From NCBI GenBank assembly GCA_023818655.1, contig JAMWCI010000001.1, forward strand, positions 1-45,677: 45,677 nucleotides of DNA, written 5' to 3'. Positions within the stretch are counted from its first letter, which is position 1. Every line of letters begins with the position of its first letter. The position numbers and the translations under genes were made by a program. Origin of the DNA: Candidatus Omnitrophota bacterium (lineage in GTDB: Bacteria; Omnitrophota; Gorgyraeia; Gygaellales; Profunditerraquicolaceae). The notes under the pieces were generated by a model. It had not been told where the DNA came from, ran no database searches, and saw only the letters and a program-made list of their open reading frames with translations. Positions 41,799-45,677 of this stretch are shown here, piece after piece.

Positions 41799-43103
41799 TT
41801 AGAATAAAGAGCTCTCTATCTTAAGTCTGTCTTTTTCTGCCTTTAAGTCAACTAATTGTTTGGCGCCCTCTGTATTTAACTGGATTTCAACCTTAGGGTA
41901 AAAGATCTCATCGCTATTGATTTCCTTAACCACTGCTATCCTGCCGTCATTAAGTTTAACCCTGGCGCCTACTGGCCAGACGCCTATTAATTCAAAAAAC
42001 CTGTCCAGGAGATTTGGCTCAAAGGCAACGCCTTTTTCCTTCATCATTATTTCATAAACAAGCTCAGGAGGATAACTGCGCTTATATCCCCGCCTCTGGG
42101 AAAGGGCGTCATAGACATCGCAGATGGCCACAATTAAAGAAGCAAGATGAGGTTTATACGGAAAAGATAATTTGGGATAACCACTCAAGTTGTATTTCAT
42201 ATGATGTTCAAAGCTTACCACTGCAGGCAGTATCCCCAGCTTATCGCTGTAGTTAAGCAATATCTCTGCGCCCAACACAGCATGATTTTTAATCTTGGCG
42301 AACTCTTCGTCGCTTAAAACGCTCTCTTTGCGTATTAACTTGCGCGATATATAAATCTTGCCGATATCGTGAAAAATAGCGGCTTTGCCTATCTCTAGCA
42401 CGCCTTCTTTATCTAATCCGAGTTTTGAAGAAAAGTACATTGCCAGTATGCAGACATTAAGTATGTGCGAAAAGGTCCGCGTGTCATATTTCTTAACAGT
42501 GGCAAAATCCAGAAACTCCTGATATTGCCCAATAAGTTTTTCCATAACCTCCTTTAACGTGTAACGCAGAGTTAAATGGTCCAGGTCGTCTTCATTAATT
42601 ACGGCGTTTACGGAGGCATCTACTTTGCGCAAGGAATCCTCATAGAGACTAAGTCGGGTAACAGCGTCCCATACCTTGTCTTCACCCTGAATCATTTTTA
42701 TTTTTCCGACCAGGATATTCTTTACGCCCATCCGAGACAGATAATCTTCTATTGTTTCGTCTCTTGCTCCGTCCTCTGGATCTAGTAGAAACGAAATAAA
42801 TTTTTCCAGTTCGTCCTGCTGTAAACCGGATAAAAAATGAATCTTTTCTATCCCCTTTGCTTTCAAAAAGATTACTACGGGCCTGGCCATCTTGCTCAAG
42901 GAAAAAAATATCTCCTTTTCAAAAACTATTTCTTCGCTAACTATGCCAATGATAAATTCCTTGCGTTCTTTAAAAATCTCCGTTATGCTGGCATATGCCT
43001 TTTCTATAGACCTTTTTACCTGAGGATGTCCAAACGTATAAAGCCTGCTTATCTGCAAGACAGCAAGCAAATCCCTTATACAGGACTCAATCTTCTCTTT
43101 CAT
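41799..43103 (-). CDS. HD-GYP domain protein (candidate c-di-GMP phosphodiesterase) with an N-terminal sensory module
   Basis: It has HD motifs (HILNV, IFHDIGKI) and the HD-GYP signature HHMKYNLSGYP. N-terminal residues 1 to about 200 have unknown function. It is ATGA-coupled to the upstream 642-aa gene. Confidence 0.8.
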   Translation of the reverse strand: MKEKIESCIRDLLAVLQISRLYTFGHPQVKRSIEKAYASITEIFKERKEFIIGIVSEEIVFEKEIFFSLSKMARPVVIFLKAKGIEKIHFLSGLQQDELEKFISFLLDPEDGARDETIEDYLSRMGVKNILVGKIKMIQGEDKVWDAVTRLSLYEDSLRKVDASVNAVINEDDLDHLTLRYTLKEVMEKLIGQYQEFLDFATVKKYDTRTFSHILNVCILAMYFSSKLGLDKEGVLEIGKAAIFHDIGKIYISRKLIRKESVLSDEEFAKIKNHAVLGAEILLNYSDKLGILPAVVSFEHHMKYNLSGYPKLSFPYKPHLASLIVAICDVYDALSQRRGYKRSYPPELVYEIMMKEKGVAFEPNLLDRFFELIGVWPVGARVKLNDGRIAVVKEINSDEIFYPKVEIQLNTEGAKQLVDLKAEKDRLKIESSLF

Positions 43104-45028
43104 GTTAATTGCTTCAATGCCGCTTGCGCCCGCATACGCAACTGTTTATTCCAGATAAACCGCCTCTTGCTCAAATTGACTAACCAGTTGCTGGACTCAC
43201 GCAATCTAAGTTCTTCTGCCAGCGCAATATGCTGCATCAATCTCCCGTTATTAATCCCAAAAGGGCTGGGCATTGCAAAAAGGATGAACAAAGCCTGGTT
43301 TAAATACTCTGGCTTGCTCCTGCACACCGATATTGCCTCTCTCTTAAAAAGCATCTCTCTTCTCTTAAATATAGGAAGAACAACGTCCGAGTCGCATATA
43401 TTCATGCGGCGATAAGTCCTTAACACTTCTAACTTAGCCATATTGTTTGAAACAGAGAATATCCTTTTTAATATCTCCTTGGCAAAAAACTCATCTATCC
43501 TGCCCAGACTCATCATAAGTTTGCCTAAAAAATCAACATCTGCGCGCCTGCTCTCTACTAAGTTCAAAAACGCCGCGAGCTGATCCGGGAAGAATCTGAA
43601 AAACAATTGTAGAATATAAGGATTCACCTTCCCGTTTTTAAATATATTTTCCAGATAACCCTGCGAATCCAAGAAGGAGACCTTGAGATTATCCGAGAAA
43701 AAACCTATTTCATCGCCTTCCTCAATACCAGCGTCTACAATTATCTTTTCTATAAAATCCGCCATTCTTCTTCTAAGGTCTGCAAACATAGGCTCTAATG
43801 ACGGCTCGTTGGCAAGTTTTGTCTCTAGGCCCTGCCAGAGCATCTTCAAGAAAACCAGATTTTTTCCTTCCATAGCCTTCTCAAATTGAATAACGATGTG
43901 GACGAGAATATGGCTCAGTCTTTCTTTGTTGCTCTCCAACATCAAAAGATTCAAAAGCAGATAAAAATAACTTGTCTCCAGTGCCTGCTCATCAAAAGAG
44001 AAAACATCCTTCGCAGACGTATCCTGCGTAAGCGAAATAAGCGCCTGACGGTACAGTTCTGGCACTATTGTTGCCTCGCCTGAAGAAAAAATCTCTCTGA
44101 GCTTCTTGCGTAATCTCGGGTCGGTCTTTAAAGTTTCGCAGTTGCGCATCTTATCCACGAGCGAAACACTGATGTCTTTATTCCTGTTGTCTTCGACGAG
44201 CCGGGAAAATACCGCAAGGCTTAGATAATCAAAATTATCGTTATGCAAAATCTCTTCTTCCAAAACCTCCACAAAATCATCATTGGCAAGGTCATTAAAA
44301 AAGAGTCTTATCTTGTCAAGCTTTTCGGCTTCTGTAAGATTTGCATCATGAATAACCCATCTTAGGAGTTCTTTATTACAATCAAGGTACTTTTCCTTTT
44401 CCTTCTCCTTAAGATAGGAGATAAAATTATATACGCTCTCCCTCAACTCGTCGTCACTCAATAAATCGCTAACCTTGATTTTCTTTATGATGTCGGCGAA
44501 ATTGTCTGTAAATTCTTTAATCTTAGCGGGATCTCTCATAGTTGCCGTGGATTTGAAAAAAGCAACCCAGACATTAGCAACCTCATCGCCTTCATCCGTC
44601 AGCAAGGAAGAGTAATCCAGTTCCTCCAGACAAAGATGAGGATACTCTGTGGGGTTAAGTATATTTTGCACACCCCCTTTCTCTATAATCTCCTTTTTTG
44701 GCATAGAGATGGCGCTTAAAAAATCCGCCAACTCCTCGACAGTAACGCCGCTGCGGAATTCAATGCTTTTTATTTTGCGGATATGCAGAGCGGAGGCAAT
44801 CTCCCTGTAAAACTCCTTATTGTCCCAAAAGCGGCTATCTATAAAAAGAGATGTCTGAGTCACGCCCATCTTGATAGGGTTAAGGAAGGTCAAAAGGGCA
44901 TCAACGTTCTTCTTAAAATTGGCGGATGATTTTACAAAAAAAGGATGCCTCTTTTGATATACAGAGGCATTACTTAAGGCTATCCGCAGCCCTTTGAAAA
45001 AATCAACGATTGCCTCGTCTTTGGTCAT
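43100..45028 (-). CDS. Hypothetical 642-aa helical protein whose N-terminal ~100 aa are paralogous to the N-terminus of the adjacent HD-GYP protein
   Basis: It has no catalytic motif that I can recognise. Shared N-terminal pattern: VYQKRHPFFVKSS .. MGVTQTSLFID .. IKSIEFRSGVTVEELADFLSAI here, against LYTFGHPQVKRSI .. IGIVSEEIVFE .. IEKIHFLSGLQQDELEKFISFL in the HD-GYP protein. Confidence 0.55.
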   Translation of the reverse strand: MTKDEAIVDFFKGLRIALSNASVYQKRHPFFVKSSANFKKNVDALLTFLNPIKMGVTQTSLFIDSRFWDNKEFYREIASALHIRKIKSIEFRSGVTVEELADFLSAISMPKKEIIEKGGVQNILNPTEYPHLCLEELDYSSLLTDEGDEVANVWVAFFKSTATMRDPAKIKEFTDNFADIIKKIKVSDLLSDDELRESVYNFISYLKEKEKEKYLDCNKELLRWVIHDANLTEAEKLDKIRLFFNDLANDDFVEVLEEEILHNDNFDYLSLAVFSRLVEDNRNKDISVSLVDKMRNCETLKTDPRLRKKLREIFSSGEATIVPELYRQALISLTQDTSAKDVFSFDEQALETSYFYLLLNLLMLESNKERLSHILVHIVIQFEKAMEGKNLVFLKMLWQGLETKLANEPSLEPMFADLRRRMADFIEKIIVDAGIEEGDEIGFFSDNLKVSFLDSQGYLENIFKNGKVNPYILQLFFRFFPDQLAAFLNLVESRRADVDFLGKLMMSLGRIDEFFAKEILKRIFSVSNNMAKLEVLRTYRRMNICDSDVVLPIFKRREMLFKREAISVCRSKPEYLNQALFILFAMPSPFGINNGRLMQHIALAEELRLRESSNWLVNLSKRRFIWNKQLRMRAQAALKQLT

Positions 45029-45034
45029 ATGTTT

Positions 45035-45064
45035 ATTTTACCGCAAAAACCCCCTCCTCTTCAA
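45035..45064 (-). promoter_or_regulatory. Sigma-70-type promoter giving a leaderless transcript of the 642-aa/HD-GYP pair
   Basis: On the minus strand: TTGAAG (45064-45059), 18 nt, TAAAAT (45040-45035), then 6 nt (AAACAT) before the ATG at 45028. It sits directly downstream of the intrinsic terminator. Confidence 0.4.
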
Positions 45065-45080
45065 TAAAAAACACAGGATT

Positions 45081-45118
45081 ACAAAAACAAAAAAGGGCGG
45101 TCAAAAATAAGACCGCCC
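45081..45118 (-). terminator. Rho-independent terminator of the glutamate-synthase-like gene
   Basis: On the minus strand: GGGCGGTC-TTATTTTT-GACCGCCC, an 8-bp GC-rich stem, followed by TTTTTTGTTTTTGT. Confidence 0.85.
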
Positions 45119-45145
45119 TTTTGGCAAAGATGGTTTTAAAAACTC

Positions 45146-45677
45146 TTAAGACTTAAGAATCTTCTTTGCCGCCGCATCCCCCTTGTCGGTAATAAAGGGG
45201 ATGCCGGTTTCTCTTTCGGTCTCACGATTTGCAGAAAATATATCGTCTCGGGAGATTTCTTTTACCGAAAACTTCCTTGCCCCTGCCATAAGTTGTTGCA
45301 CCCCGGCTGCGAGCTTATCGCATAATGTCCAGAAAGCGATAGCGCCGAACGGAATATTCTTCATTTCTTCTCGACCTACTTTTTTCTGGACATCGTAATA
45401 TCCGGCGAATATCTCATCAGGGGTAGTTCCGAATTCGGCTACCGAAGGAGGCAGCTTATCCCAGTTGCCATTTACTTTTTCCTTTGCTTCTGGATTAAGC
45501 GCGCCTTCGATATTGGAACCGAGGAACCCCGGAATCATAGTAGCCCTGCCCATACACACCAACTTCACAAACGGCGCACCCAAGGCAATGGCCTTAAAGA
45601 TATGGTCTTCTCTAGCCAGCCCTCCGGCAAAAGCCATATCTACAACCTTCTTGCCTTTCTTTGCCAGAATCTGTGCA
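45146..45677 (-). CDS. FMN-binding glutamate-synthase-family protein (GltB domain-2-like). Only the C-terminal part is present; the 5' end lies beyond the right edge.
   Basis: The frame stays open upstream of the track's internal Met to the window edge (..AQILAKKGKKVVDMAFAGGLAREDHIFKAIALGAPFVKLVCMGRA..). This is the typical C-terminal half of the FMN TIM barrel of glutamate synthase-related proteins. Confidence 0.7.
   Translation of the reverse strand, partial: AQILAKKGKKVVDMAFAGGLAREDHIFKAIALGAPFVKLVCMGRATMIPGFLGSNIEGALNPEAKEKVNGNWDKLPPSVAEFGTTPDEIFAGYYDVQKKVGREEMKNIPFGAIAFWTLCDKLAAGVQQLMAGARKFSVKEISRDDIFSANRETERETGIPFITDKGDAAAKKILKS

Noticed and set aside
1-45677. CRISPR arrays, IS elements, prophage or defence-island content
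   Set aside because: I scanned the intergenic regions and the ORF translations. I found no repeat-spacer periodicity, no transposase/integrase/recombinase motifs, and no nuclease-helicase defence-type proteins.

Overview
This is a gene-dense 45.7 kb chromosomal window with about 50 CDS and 2 tRNAs. I saw no rRNA, CRISPR array, transposase or integrase. Every gene except rpsT and tRNA-Leu is on the minus strand, and 11 gene pairs share 4-nt ATGA stop/start overlaps. BamD, LptE and MurJ point to a diderm bacterium, and several proteins are unusually short (UvrC, HolA, ComEC, MGMT), which suggests a streamlined, probably uncultivated lineage. I cannot assign taxonomy from the sequence alone.

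Layout:
- 1-13.4 kb: housekeeping and envelope genes (partial processive GT2 synthase + PEGA protein, MGMT, short UvrC, MurJ, rpsT, HolA, LptE, BamD, ComEC, ComEA, LeuS, receiver domain, Nfo).
- 13.6-13.9 kb: divergent tRNA-Ala(GGC) and tRNA-Leu(CAA) sharing a mirror-symmetric promoter region.
- 14.1-17.0 kb: four-gene pseudopilin/minor-pilin module.
- 17.1-24.5 kb: SGNH hydrolase and RlmN, then a five-gene module (nucleoside phosphorylase, MtnA-like isomerase, class II aldolase-SCP2 fusion, aldehyde dehydrogenase, acyl-CoA ligase). It looks like a DHAP-shunt type salvage route for 5'-deoxyadenosine/MTA with an oxidative tail.
- 24.5-36.6 kb: one long operon, and the best candidate for an undescribed system. 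It has a compact aromatic type II polyketide synthase core (KS-alpha, inactive KS-beta/CLF, ACP, TcmN-like SRPBCC cyclase, Zn-cyclase family protein, SDR, MFS exporter). Unusual partners are wired into it: a B12-binding radical SAM enzyme between CLF and ACP, a ketopantoate-reductase-like protein fused to two tandem small Cys/His domains, and a small PCP-reductase-like protein. It sits behind an accA-padR pair and a strong promoter.
- 37-45.7 kb: accA, L,D-transpeptidase, DUF212/PAP2, coiled-coil protein, ComM/YifB, then an HD-GYP protein and a 642-aa partner with a paralogous N-terminal module, an intrinsic terminator, and a partial FMN glutamate-synthase-like gene.

All domain calls come from reading motifs in the supplied translations. 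No database search was possible. Several longest-ORF starts in the track are TTG or GTG, and I re-called them to downstream ATG or GTG codons that have better ribosome-binding context.
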